Below are positions 39,790 to 51,691 of a stretch of 64,000 nucleotides of DNA, in pieces; position 1 is the first letter of the stretch; each line of letters opens with the position of its first letter. The translations under genes were made by a program, and so were the position numbers. The notes beneath the pieces are model-generated. The model was not told the DNA's origin and did not search any database. It saw nothing but the letters and a program-made list of their open reading frames with translations. This DNA is from Ancylonema sp. (Eukaryota): the NCBI GenBank assembly GCA_050230475.1, contig JBFLGF010000001.1, positions 62,001-126,000 on the forward strand, in the 5' to 3' direction.

Positions 39790-40933
39790 TCCTACTGGGG
39801 ATGAAGGAAACCCAGGATGGCAGCACACCACTCCAAGATACTCCCGTCGATGGCCTGGCCGAGCATATGTAGTCGTTCCGCGGGGGACACCATAGGTCCA
39901 TTGTCGGTGTCGTCACGATGAGCTGTGCCTCACGCACGGTGGGACTCTCCCACACCTTGGTGAGGGTGTTGTAGAGGTGACGAGGTCCCATTTGACCGGA
40001 CGGGGACATCTTGAAGGCGTTGCTCTTGTCGAAAGAGACTAACGTGGGCAGCACCCGACGTGGCTGACCGCGCACGTTGACGAACCGATGAGGAAAAGAA
40101 GATAAGGGAGGGCTGGTGGTAGTCTTCAAGCACCATGGTGAGGACAGCGAGCGGATGGTTCACTAGAACCCAGCGCTGGGGTTGATTGGGTGCCGCCAAG
40201 TTGGTCTAGAAGCGTCGGAAACCGTGTGACAGGCCTCCCACCGTGGGAGCGTCGATACAGATAGAAGGTTCTCCGTGGAAGCTGCAGATCTGAATATTTC
40301 CACGCTTGACAAGGGCATCCGCACGCACATCCAAATTCTCTAGCAAGTAGATGACTTTCCTACCCGCCTGTTCATCCTAGCATCAATAGATCAAATGCAC
40401 CAGCTCCAAGAATGAGCCACACCGACTATCATCTGCCCCCTTACCTAGGCCAACTGTAGTGAATGGTTGACAAGGAAAACCCGCCCCAATGAGATCAATG
40501 GATCCGTATCCGGCCGCCAATTAGCCATCAGGGTGTTGGAGATGAGGCGGATGTCGTGAGGTAGGCGTGTGTCAAAGCCTTGTATAGCTGCCACGGACAA
40601 GAGGTGTGGGTACCGCAGCTTCTTATTTGCCACGTGCCCCTGCGCGGACAGATGCACTTTGGTGTTATTATCCACAACAATAAGCGTCTTGACCTTTAAG
40701 TTGGCCTTCCGGGCCATGGTCGACACGGGGCAGCCCACGCCACAAAAGAAGTCGACCACGTGCACGCCTTCGGCGAGCTTCTGCGACGGGAGTCGACGAA
40801 GGTTTTGAGAAATGGGGTGAGCACGGTTCATCTCAGGACCTGTCCAAGGAGGCAAAGGGGACTGCAGAAGTGCAAGGATCACGGCACGCTCCGCTCCATC
40901 CAAACGGGCTATCCACAGTCGTCTAGCACGCAT
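39790..40933 (-). pseudogene. Dnmt3-like DNA (cytosine-5) methyltransferase domain in a retrotransposon, decayed
   Basis: Ordered motifs across frameshifts: I VVDFFCGVG (~40755), IV IDLIGAGFPCQPF (~40480), VI YLLENL (~40340), VIII IDAPTVGGLSHGFRRF*TNL (~40230), IX PTVREAQL (~39940), X ERLHMLGQAID (~39860). Confidence 0.88.
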
Positions 40934-42037
40934 CTAACGGAAAGCATATGTGACTACTTAAAGGATTTGTCTCTTAACAACGGTAGCGCACAAATTCAAT
41001 GCTTTACAACAACGAAAAATAAGTGTATGGTAAAGCAATGACGTCTTGGTATGATTTTGAAATGTTAATTATGAAATCGTTATCGTCGGGCTAACGTACC
41101 CGACGAGCGTACAACGGTACAATGATTAGTGGTCGCTCTTCCTACCGACGGTTGTAACTATTTGACCGCCGCGCATTCTAAGCATGCCAACGCACACTTG
41201 TATACGGCAACTTGCCGGACTCGGCCTTCACCACACAACTCCAGCCACCGGCGTGGTGACACCGCCTAACATTCTACAACGACTACTAGAAAGGTCACGC
41301 CCGTACAAGTATGGACGTGCCATGAGCGGACGGATACCCGGGTGCAGCATACCCGGCTCCGTGTCATAAAAGACTCTAAGGAAATTAGCGGAGAAGGCGA
41401 GCAAGGTGGAATAAGTGCCTATCCGAATTAATTCCTAATAACCACAGCACGCTGGCTCAGCAATTCAAGTTTTTGTTCAAAGGTTGAGAGACGAGGAGAA
41501 ACTACTAGAGTAGGTGCGGGAATCAACCAAAACGCAAGTTCTCTTTAGGAACGGCAAGCTTCTTAGCTGCCGGATCTGTTTGCATAGTTTCCAAGAAGGG
41601 AATAACCAACCTTACCAGTCGCGGGCGTTGCACGCATAGTTCAGACATGGGTCCCTCTCGCCCACACATGCCTTGGTCATGGACCCCATCCCTTACCAAT
41701 GTCGTGTTGTGGAGGAGGGTGTCCACCTGTTTTTGTAGATCGGGGATATCCAGGTTGGGCACTTGCAGGGTGCGAGCGTTCAGCAGCCGGTTGGTCAAGA
41801 AGGTAGTGGCAGCAGCAGCCTTCTGCTGGTCGCGAAGGGACTCTCGAGTCTAATATCTTCCGCGTACCACTGATCTGCCTGTCGATGTACGGCAGCTATC
41901 TGGCCCTTGTTGCCGATCTCTGGGCCCGTGTCACCTGCAAAGCACTGAAAGCCTACTGCCTCGCCACCCGGCGTCTGCAGATCAAGTGTAGCATATAGGT
42001 CAATAGCAAACTTGGTAGTGCGTTTGGATGTGGTGCT

Positions 42038-42391
42038 CTAGTCTGGGTTGTATTCCACATGACTTTCACGAAAGTGCATACTGTTGGTGACACAATGAAT
42101 GAATTGTGCACCAATGAGAACATCATAGCTAGTTGCATTGTCCACCACAATGTGGAGATACACACATGCTTCATCGAGTGTTCTTTCATTCAGACCCTCT
42201 TTTAATTTTCTTTTGGTGACACCTCTACAGCGAGCACTTTCTCCACATGTCATGGTGTAATTGATGCTAGCATGAAGGTTAGCGTCCGTTAACTTCATCG
42301 TATCTCCCACTCTTTTGCCTACCATGACATAAGTTTGCTCCTGTATCCCAAATGGAGATCTCTGGCTGATACCCATCCAAAGTGAACACAC
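42038..42391 (-). pseudogene. Retroviral-type aspartic protease remnant
   Basis: C-terminal protease signature HIVVDNATSYDVLIGAQFI; catalytic DTG motif not recognisable. Confidence 0.55.
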
Positions 42392-42630
42392 CAGCCTGGT
42401 TTGGAACTGACTAGGTACTGAGCACTTACTTGATAGGTTGGGTCACGAATGGAGAAGAGTGCTCATCTAGAACGCAGCGGGTCGTCCAAGGTAGTCATCA
42501 TGGCAGGGTGGAGGTGATCGGTGCCTCCACCAAAATGCGGTAGTGATACAACAGATGCTGCAAATAAGTTGTTGACTACTGACGAAGGGTTAGTACATGC
42601 ATCCCTATAGTCAAGCGGCAATCTACGACC

Positions 42631-42955
42631 GGGAGGGGGTGTTGTCATAAGAGTAGAGTCCCCACCACTGGGAGTTGCAACAGCTTGTGACAGCGGCTTA
42701 CCCTCACACCTTTCCATTCGAACGGGAGGGGGTGCTTCAAAAAGAGTACAGTTTCCTCCATTGGAAACTACAACATCTTGTAGGGGCGTCTTACCCTCAC
42801 ACCTTTCCTTGCGACTAGGAGGGTGTGTTGTAACAAGAGTGCAACTTCCTCCACTAGAAACTACAACAGCTTGTGTCAGCGGCTTACCCGGAAGGGAGGC
42901 TAAGGAGAGGCTCTGTCCACCACTAGAGTCAGCAGCACTCTGTGTTAGCGGCCCA
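42631..42955. repeat. 93-bp imperfect tandem repeat in the putative gag-protease linker
   Basis: Units start at 42631, 42724 and 42817 (period 93 = 31 codons), plus a partial fourth. Confidence 0.8.
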
Positions 42956-42970
42956 TTGTCATGACTTGAG

Positions 42971-44145
42971 TGACGTGCCAGATAGGATTGATAGGGTAAA
43001 GGGTCGTTGATGACGTAATTAGTTGATGTATGACGTCATAACGTAGTCCATCGACATGAATTGGCAAATGTCGATATCGATGACTTTGTAGGTGTAACTG
43101 GGCATCTGCCCTAACTAAGGAGTTTTGCGCGCTTGATTCGCGGCACTGATTGTGAACAATCACGTAAACGACGGCAGGAACGTCGCCTTGACTTGGCAAC
43201 TCTCTCACTGCGGGCAAGCTGACAACGCGATAGCTCTACAATGATACTAAATGCAGAGTATGCGATACAATACCACAGTAAGAACAGTTATAGCTCTCGG
43301 TCAGCGAGCAGCTATTTATGTGTAAGTCTGCACTACTTGTAATCAGCAGCAAAAAGATTGTGGGTCTGCACACCGACTTGCGTCGTTGTAAATGTGTGAG
43401 TCACGAGCAACAACGATAGTAAAGTACTGAGAGCGACAGCTCGATCATCCAAACGATGATAATAGCAAGCAACTAGATGTAGATGCGAAAGATTGCAAGC
43501 AAAGCAAAGTCACACACACAAGATACAAAATACACGAGAGGCAAGATGGAATGCAAGTCTCTTCAGCGTTAGATTCAGCGAAAGTTGAATTTTGAGTTCG
43601 AAGTACACCGGTTTTATTCAAACTCTACAGACGACGCTAGACGCGTGTCGATCTACAATTCAATCTCACAAAATATGTCTCGCGCGCAAATGTCTTATCT
43701 ACAATATCTATCGTCGGATATTCATCGACGGCTAACATTTATGACAAGTCATCACAAGTTGATTTCTGACTAGTACAAAAGTGCCACGTCGGATCGACGA
43801 CTAATAAATGCTAAGCAAATCTAATGCAAATATTGAGCGGGGGCGCAGGCTGACAACTGGAGCTCGGGAGCGGGGCGGAAGTTGTAGTGCGGCGGAACTC
43901 TTGATTTGGCGCGGCGCAGACGTGATTTATTATAGGGAGAGATTTAGTAGATATTAGGGGTAAAATAGCTAACGATCTCAGACGTCGTGACAACTGACGT
44001 GCCAGATAGGATCGATAGGGTAAAGGGTCGTTGGTGACCACCTGATGTATGACGTCATAACGTAGTCCATCGACATGAATTGGCAAATGTCGATATCGAT
44101 GACTTTGTAAGTGTAATTGGGCATCTGCCCTAACTCCCCCCCCCC
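42971..44145 (-). mobile_element. 3' terminus of Gypsy family-2 element: PPT-A'-B'-A'
   Basis: G10 tract 44145-44136; A' 44135-43995; junction GGCACGTCA-GT-TGTCACGAC; B' 43992-43117; A' 43116-42971. Confidence 0.82.
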
Positions 44146-44573
44146 AAATTGGTAAGACATGCGTCCACGTCTGGGTCGTTGAGGCAGATGTAGGAAGCAG
44201 GATCGCAGTCGCATAGTAGAGCGTGCAGGCGAGCAGAAAACAAGTTGGAGTTGTCAGGGTAACGTCAACAACTTGTGCTTGAGTTTGTAAAATCGGAGTA
44301 CAGTGGATTGTTCCCTACTTGCAGTCGAACTGGACTAGTAGTTGAGGATGTATCCGAATCGTGTGGTGATGCTGGGTGTTGTACTGGTTGCTTGTGAAAC
44401 ATCAGTCGTGCCGTTGTTGGCGAAAGTAGTAATTTGTGAAAGAAAAACCCATTAACTCCATCAATTAACAAGAAGTGGTCTTCGCTGTCTTATGATGTTG
44501 GTGTTGAGGAGTTGGTTGAAGATCGGTGTGTCTCCGAGTCATTAGGGGGCATTCGAAGTCTTGGTGATAATGG

Positions 44574-47500
44574 TAGCAGTGAGTTGTACATCGAATAAAG
44601 CTCGAAAACTGCCTCGTTTTGTGATTGTTTACAATCACTGCCGCGATTCAAGCGAGCACCGTACTCTCAAAATCAGCGAAAGGGTCTGTGCCCACCAACT
44701 ACGTGACTTCGACGGCTTTCAGTTCAAGAAAGGTACGTGAAAAGTGTAGTTTTTTTTCCCCCTACCTCGTTGCGTTGGCATAGATTCATATCTGTGCATC
44801 CAAGAGTAGTTGGAATTGATATCTATACGATGTGCGTGGTTTATCTGTGAAATTTTGTGAAATCGCTGTGAAATTTGCGTGCTGGATTATCATTGTGAAA
44901 GCTATTTCGTGAAATTGTGAAATTCTTAGCATCTTTGTGATCTAGATTCTTGCAATCTTTGCTTTGGCTACCATTCGTTACGGGTTGTTACTAGATTTAC
45001 CGCTTTGTGACTAAGAGAACCACGAATATACTTCATAGAGTTAGTTCCTGCACCTGGATCACGCAGTACCTAGCCTTTCACGCCAGTAAGGGAGGGTCAA
45101 TTTCTTGCAAGTTCATTCTGTTTTTTGTGACACTTTACAAATACGAAAAGAAAAATTACCTATACCCTGCCCAGAATTTTTACCCTGCGACCTCACGGTC
45201 CTCCAAGACCCGATTCAAATTTACTTGACCGAGCTCAATTCATTCGACATCTCAGTATTATGTGGGAGGTGAGTGTAAACATAACGACGATGGATCTCAG
45301 TATGTGGAGGGGGTAAATCAAAACTTTGTTGGCCCTTCACCAATGGCTTGTGATGAAGATTTTGAACGTTTAGGAGAGGCAGCTCTTGCATTCCCTGTTG
45401 AATTCCATGCCCTCCGGTACAATGCTGAGGAGGGGGCGTTCTTTTATGATGGTATTGCATGTTTAACTACAAAAAATAACCTGAAGAGCGTCTTTACATG
45501 CCTGTTTGAATCGTCAGCCAGAAACCCCTCTGTTTTAATTAAAATATTAAAATAGCTGTACCGCTATGCTTTTCCGCCTTGTCACGACTCCGCCCCCGCT
45601 CATTTCATTCCGAGCTTCGTCGTTGACCGGCGCCCCTTTTATTAAGTTTTGAGTAGTCAACCTTTGACTAGCTCACCTTTGTATTTGAATTGATTAGACT
45701 ACGTGTCAGACTTGTCATCTATATCAATCGTGATCGTAGCTCTTCAGATCAACCGGGCATAATAAAATAGAGATGTATGCAGCCAATTATAACGTGCGCG
45801 CCGAGTTGAGTTACAAATTCCTTGCCACGCGTATCCCAGCGAGCGCGCGATTAGAATATTTGAGTTTCACAATAAAGACTCCTGTAACATTTCAATTCTC
45901 AGCTTTCGCTGAATTTGACGTTGAAGATATTTTCCTTGCACACCATTGAATTACTCGACTCTGAGTTCTTTGCCTTGCGCAACCCTTGCAATCTGTGTCA
46001 TCTTTTGCTTACGCAATATCGTGTGTATCGAGCGTTCGCTCATTTGTGATTACCTTGCATCAAGCTTTCGCTTTGCAACCGTGTGTTTATCATCGTTACC
46101 GAAGTTATCGATTGTCTGACCTACTGCGCAGTCAGAAATCACCTGTTTAAGTTCCCGAGCGCTCGTTCATCCGTGCAATCCATTTGCACATCTTTTTTGC
46201 TGCTAATGACAAGTTTTGCAAAATTGTATCGTCATCGATTGCTTGCTGATCAAGAATTGAAGCATCTTTTTGGTGCAATCTTGTGTCACTCTCGTTACTT
46301 TTAAGCCGTCAATTAAGAGGAGCGTGTGATAGCTTGCTAGCAGTGAGTAGTACAGCGAATAAAGCTCGAAAACTGCCGCGTGTTGTTATTGTTTGCAATC
46401 ATTGCCGCGATTCAAGCGAGCACCGTATTCTTAAGTTACGATATTCTAGCCTCCTATCTGCACTTCCACTACATCGACAAGACCCCTTTCTGTCGATACT
46501 TTCAGTGCGATTACTCCTCCATCGACTGATTCCAGCATCGATGACCCATTTACCCTACCGATCCCATCTGGCACGTCATCTTTACCTCCGTAAGGCTTAG
46601 CTGTTATACGACGATTGGACCCGCCGGCTCGCTCATGAGCAGTTGTTGCGGGAACAGCACTTGCGTGAGATGATCGACGACCAGAAGCCCATGATGGCGG
46701 CAGCTGGTGAGAAAGATGCATGGAAGCTGGGCAGTCAACTCTACCCAAGTGAGACAGAAGGTATGGTTTCCTTCCTTGAGAGTCATGTAGACTCGTTTGC
46801 TTATTTGACAGCAGATGTAGGGTGATTCACAGGGGAAGCAATGGCAATTTCCTTGACAACAGACAAACCTATCTTGTCACATGCTCATAAAGTTGGGAAA
46901 TCGGAATGCGATTTTGTGGGGGGAAATTGTGGTATAGTGGAACAGCGAGGTCTTATCAGGCCATCTTTGCAGTCAAAATATGCATATGCAAGAGTGGTAG
47001 TAAGGAAAAGGGATGAAACAGGGGCGCACACCGATCTACGTCAATGTGGAGATTACAAACCTTTGAACTTGTACACAAAACTTGACAGATACCCACTTTT
47101 CGCAATTGAAGATGTCTTCCAAGAACTACAAGGTGTTGTCATCTTTAGAAAGTTGGATCTTAAGTCAGGCTATCATCAGATCCCGGTTGCAGAAAAGGAT
47201 AGGTGCAAGACAATTTATTGGAATCAAAACCGTCAGTCAAAGGAATGGACTGTCGTGTCGTTTGGACTAAAAAACGCTCCCCTTTTCTTTCAACGCCTTA
47301 TGGACCGAGTGCTTGCTGGACTATCTTTCGCAAAATGCTATAGAGATGATGTCATTGTTTGGAGTACATCTTATGCGGAACATATTAAGCACCTCGAGAT
47401 TATGTTTCAAAGCCTCAAGGACTAGGGACTGAAAATCCATCCAGGTAAGTGCTTGTTTGGGGTTGAGGAGGTAGACTTCCTATGACATCGGGTAAACACG

Positions 47501-48640
47501 TATGGCATCCGTCCTCAGATGGAAAAAACGCAAGCTATTCGAGATATGCAAGTACCTAAGGATGTGTCACGATTGCGTGCTTTGCTAGATTTGTTTTAAT
47601 ACCATAGGAAGTTTGTGCCAAATTTCTCGTCTATAGCAACCCCTCTCAATAAGTTGTTAAAAAAGGATGAGCCTTGGCGCTGGACCATCAACACTTCCGA
47701 CACTATCTCATAGGGAGTCACTTCACCCTTCTGACTGACCATGCTGCTCTTACATGGATGATGACTACGTCTAGGTTGACTTGCAGGTTGGCTAGCTGGT
47801 CCATGGTGCTGCAAGAATATGATTTCAATACTGAGTATACCCCACGAGTGGAGAGCTCGGTAGCTGACTGTTGCAACAGGTTTCCCATGCCATCTACGGA
47901 AGACAGTCTGAGGCACAAATGGAGGAATCGGGAGTCATTTGCACGGCTGTGGGTGCTGAGCACAGGGGCTTTGTGCTAGCTCCTCCCACTCACTTTGCAT
48001 ACCATGCTGGTGGCAGTTCCCTTCCTGCAGTCTTTACCCCTGCAAGTGGTCCACTTGCACCTTCTTCAGCAGGACCTTCTTTTGCCTCAGCCCTGTCAAC
48101 GAAAGGGACACTGGAGGACGCTCGAGGAGTGACCCCCATGTTGGGACCAGGGGGGGAGCGGTGGGGACAACCCCTTTCCCATCTAGCGACAATGGAGGTC
48201 AAATTGGAGCAAATCCCTTTATGGCGGACAGGGGGGGAGCGGAGGGGACAATCCCTGTGGACGTCTGGGAGGACACCCCGGTGCTCACCTTCCTCAAGCA
48301 TCATCGACACACACTAGGCGCTCTCAACGCAGCCCGCAATCGGTTGTACACGCGAGCTCCGAGTTATCGGTTGTTGGGGGGGGTGTTGTACAAGGATTTT
48401 CCAAGTGGTGGTGGTGTTTTTTTTGTGGCATCATGCTTGTTGTGCCTGAAACAACTGCTCGCCTTCCCTTCATTCGTAAGGTGCATTAGCAGTTATGTCA
48501 TTTTGGCATCAACAGGGTTCAACAATTGCTTCAAAAATATTGTTGGTGGCGCAAGATGGGTCATGATGTGCGCGCTTTGATTTCGAATTGTCATTCGTGT
48601 GTGCGTACAAAGGCTTCTTTCCGTGACCCTCAGCGTTGCA
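44574..48640 (+). mobile_element. Ty3/Gypsy family-1 element Y, internally deleted and truncated
   Basis: 3' part of B (44574-44667) then PBS-like site; RT 46841-47680 (RQCGDYKPLN, LDLKSGYHQI, FGLKNAP, YRDD); partial RNase H (FRHYLIGSHFTLLTDH); integrase H2C2 finger (H..LCHFG..WWRKM..CHSC) ending ~48640; RT-RH-INT order. Confidence 0.85.
45495..46578 (+). mobile_element. Solo B-A LTR of family 1 inserted in element Y
   Basis: B 45495-46433 + A 46434-46578 ending GGCACGTCA; flanked by tctt (extendable to tctttac); reverse complement of 29649-30694. Confidence 0.82.
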
Positions 48641-48755
48641 ATAGACGAGACCTGGATTGAAGATGGAAAACAATGTGTTCTCCACATTTCTCACCCCTGA
48701 AAACGGTTGATTGTGGAAATAATGAAGAGCAAATGAGGCGCAAAAGCATCCCATG

Positions 48756-51691
48756 CTACTCTGCCACAAACTCTTTGTTGTCATAATACTTGCTCTCGCT
48801 TGCCACCTTCTTTTTATTCCGGGCCTGCGCCACATATACATGTATAAGAAGAGGACCCTCTCGACCAAAACTTTTGATGACATACGACACAAGAAAATCA
48901 AAACAACGGCGTATGCCGAAAAAAAAGAAAAAAAAAAAGGAAAAAAAAAAAAAAAAAGGGGGGGGGGGGGGAGGGGAAAGACTACTCAAATTCCGTGCCA
49001 TCTCATTGCGTGTGACGCATGCTCCCCACCCCATCATTAGAACCTAACGGTCCATTGCAAACAAAATTCCCGCCATGTGAGACACGCACCACGTAGGCTT
49101 CATGGTTGGCCGCGATTCGTTTCATGATCATGGATCCGGTGATGGCGTGTTTGCTTTCGATTATCTTCAGAATGCCAGCCGCACGCGGGACCGCGTATGG
49201 GTCCACCATCCCCTGCCACATAGACACATGTACGGATGCCACGTGTCATCACGAGGCGTCGCCATCCGGGGCTACAGGCTCTGAATTCTCACATCTGAGA
49301 GCGGATTTGGTTCCGCTGACGAGCCGTGCGCGACGAGAGAGATGTTGAAAGTCGTCAACTGCGGGTGGGGAAACGAGAGGCGCACTTAGGTGAGTGGGAG
49401 AGAGGTAGGAAAATCCGAAAACTCGTTCATTCGTTAATTCGTTAATTCGTTAATTATTTTCCCCGTCCTCACCATGTCTTTGGTCACCACTCCCGGCGCC
49501 CCAATGATGACCTCGTCCACGTGGCGGCACGACATCACACTCAAGGCGCGCTCGTGGAGGGTCATGATTGGATGATCGGAACCGCGACGAGAACTACCAC
49601 CCACCCCGTGGTCCACATCCGGTTAACCGAATTGGTCAACCGGATTTGAAAACCGTACGGGTGACACCACTTCTTTTTACCTCACGGTGGCATCCGTGTG
49701 AAGTCCCACGAGGAGAAAGTCCCCAAGACTACGAGCCTCCTTTAAAGTCTGAACAAACGAAAAGGAAATGAAAAAGGAAATGAAAAAGGATTTCCCCCCC
49801 CCCCTCCCCCCCGCCCTTGGCGCCGTACCTCCACGTGGCCAGCGTGGAAAAGGTCAAAGGCGCCGTCGCAATAAACGATACGCGCGCCAAGGGGGGGACT
49901 CTGCACGGACATTCACATAAGGCAACATGTGGCAACCCACCCTAACCTTAGTCACTTCTTCCAAGCTATCCATTCTAAGTAAATATTTTGTAACAAAAGA
50001 CGAACTCACGTGTTTCGTGGTCGTGATACATTTGGATGTGAGTTGTGAGAGTATATTTTCCTCCTTATGATTGTGATTGTATAGACGTGTGTGTGAGAAA
50101 GTATGAGTCCCACGTGGAGTGTGTCCCTTCACGTGTCAACGTGTCATTGGGGGATTACATGCATATGCGATGGACACGATTGGGCACAATAATGTGTTTT
50201 CATGGCTCCACCAGGCACGTGGGAGATCACAACTCTTGAGATGCGCTTTCAATGGATGAGATGGATAAGATCCACTCATCCACTTCTATCTAGTATAGAT
50301 CCGTACATATACGTGGATTCGTCTACACGGGCAGCGTATGTATGCACCTACGTCTCTATGTATGTATGTATGTAAGTATACATGTAAGCAAGCAAACACA
50401 TGTGGTATACATGAAATTCATGCATGCGTGTACAAATATTGCATATGTTGGTGTTCTTAACGCTTGTGAAAGGCTTTGTTTGGCGGTGTAAAGACTCCAA
50501 CAATATTTAAAGGGGAATCCCAGAAATGTGAGCATAATAATATTGTGGAGAACCGGAAACGGAATACCAATTGTAGACTTTCTCACATAAACCACCCTTT
50601 ATTCCGAATGGGGGTGTGGGAGGGGTGACCTGGTTGTTGGAGAACTGCACAATTCGTCGAGATGTGGGGAGGAAGTGGGAAATTCTTTGCGAATCCTCTG
50701 ATTCATTCTCCACTTTAGGAAGGGGGCCGTCTCCCCCTGCCACTTGTCCGCTGCTCACGCATTGAAGCATGCGACCTACAACACACCCCACAAAGGCACC
50801 CCTACTATCTATTAGTAAGACCTTGCTCTCCTTTCACAATGACACACCCCACAAGCGTCTATTCATATATAATCCGGAAACGGTAAGGTTATCAAGTAGC
50901 GTAGAGGGTATTGAATCTGTACATATATAACCATATACAAGAGATAGAATATCATTTTTGAGACGACAAGTTGGCTAAGGATATATGCCGAGTTTCTCCT
51001 AGTCAATACTTTGAGGTGTCCATGTATGAAGAGTGTCTCGTAAGAAGGGTGACGTGCCTACGATGTCTGTGCTGGACACGCCCTCTGTGCGCTTGATCTC
51101 CTTATAACGACCTGCTGCCTTGGGCAGTGCGTATGCGTCAGATCCATCGGGAAGGATGCATGGATCGTCGCCGTGGATGATGTAGTCCACTCCGTACTCG
51201 TTATAGAGGCGGTTCAGGAAGGCCTCGTTGATACAGTACGGGGTGGCGGGGATAACCGCATCCACCCACTTGACGGATTCCACGAGGCTCAGGCTGCGCC
51301 ACTCCCATCCCCCAGCACGCTGGATTTATTATTAACGCCGATCAATTTGATGCCCCGATATTCAATTGAGCCATACAAGGTGTGGGAAATACCGCTCGGT
51401 CATGGACATGACTGGTGGCCCCTTATTGGCTCGGATCTCGTCGTCGGAGACCACCCCGACAAAAAGCTCGTCCCCCAATGCCTTCGCCTGACGGAGGGCG
51501 TTTGCGTGACCGTAGTGCATGACGTCGAAGCAGCCGTCGATGAACACTCGTACCTTCTTTCCATCCTTACGCTTACCCGCGCGCTCAATAGTACGATCGG
51601 GAAACATGCGCCAGAGTATCACGCCGGCAGAAACAAGGGCAATTGTCGCGAGGAGAGCTGGAAGAAGATTGGGGTTCTCGGGGTTAATCAT
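48756..51691 (-). CDS. PECT1: Ethanolamine-phosphate cytidylyltransferase, 9 exons
   Basis: Exons 51691-51393, 51293-51058, 50775-50630, 49900-49829, 49748-49681, 49593-49473, 49358-49293, 49212-49090, 48824-48756; two CT domains (DGCFDVMHYGH, DGAFDLFHAGH), RTEGVSSTDIVGRML, N-terminal TM helix. Confidence 0.95.

Noticed and set aside
39790..40933. Bacterial restriction-modification gene or contamination
   Set aside because: Embedded among eukaryotic retrotransposon parts, Dnmt3-like motif VIII, no endonuclease partner or operon structure
46569..46578. TGGCACGTCA as a tRNA PBS after a short 'A' LTR (TRIM-like model)
   Set aside because: It ends every A copy, including those abutting a TSD, so it is the element terminus; B is not followed by a PPT
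28247..48640. DIRS/PAT/Ngaro assignment for the split-repeat elements
   Set aside because: No tyrosine recombinase motifs seen; RT-RH-H2C2 order, PPT, TG..CA ends and 4-bp TSDs fit Ty3/Gypsy. Not fully excluded because the integrase core is missing here
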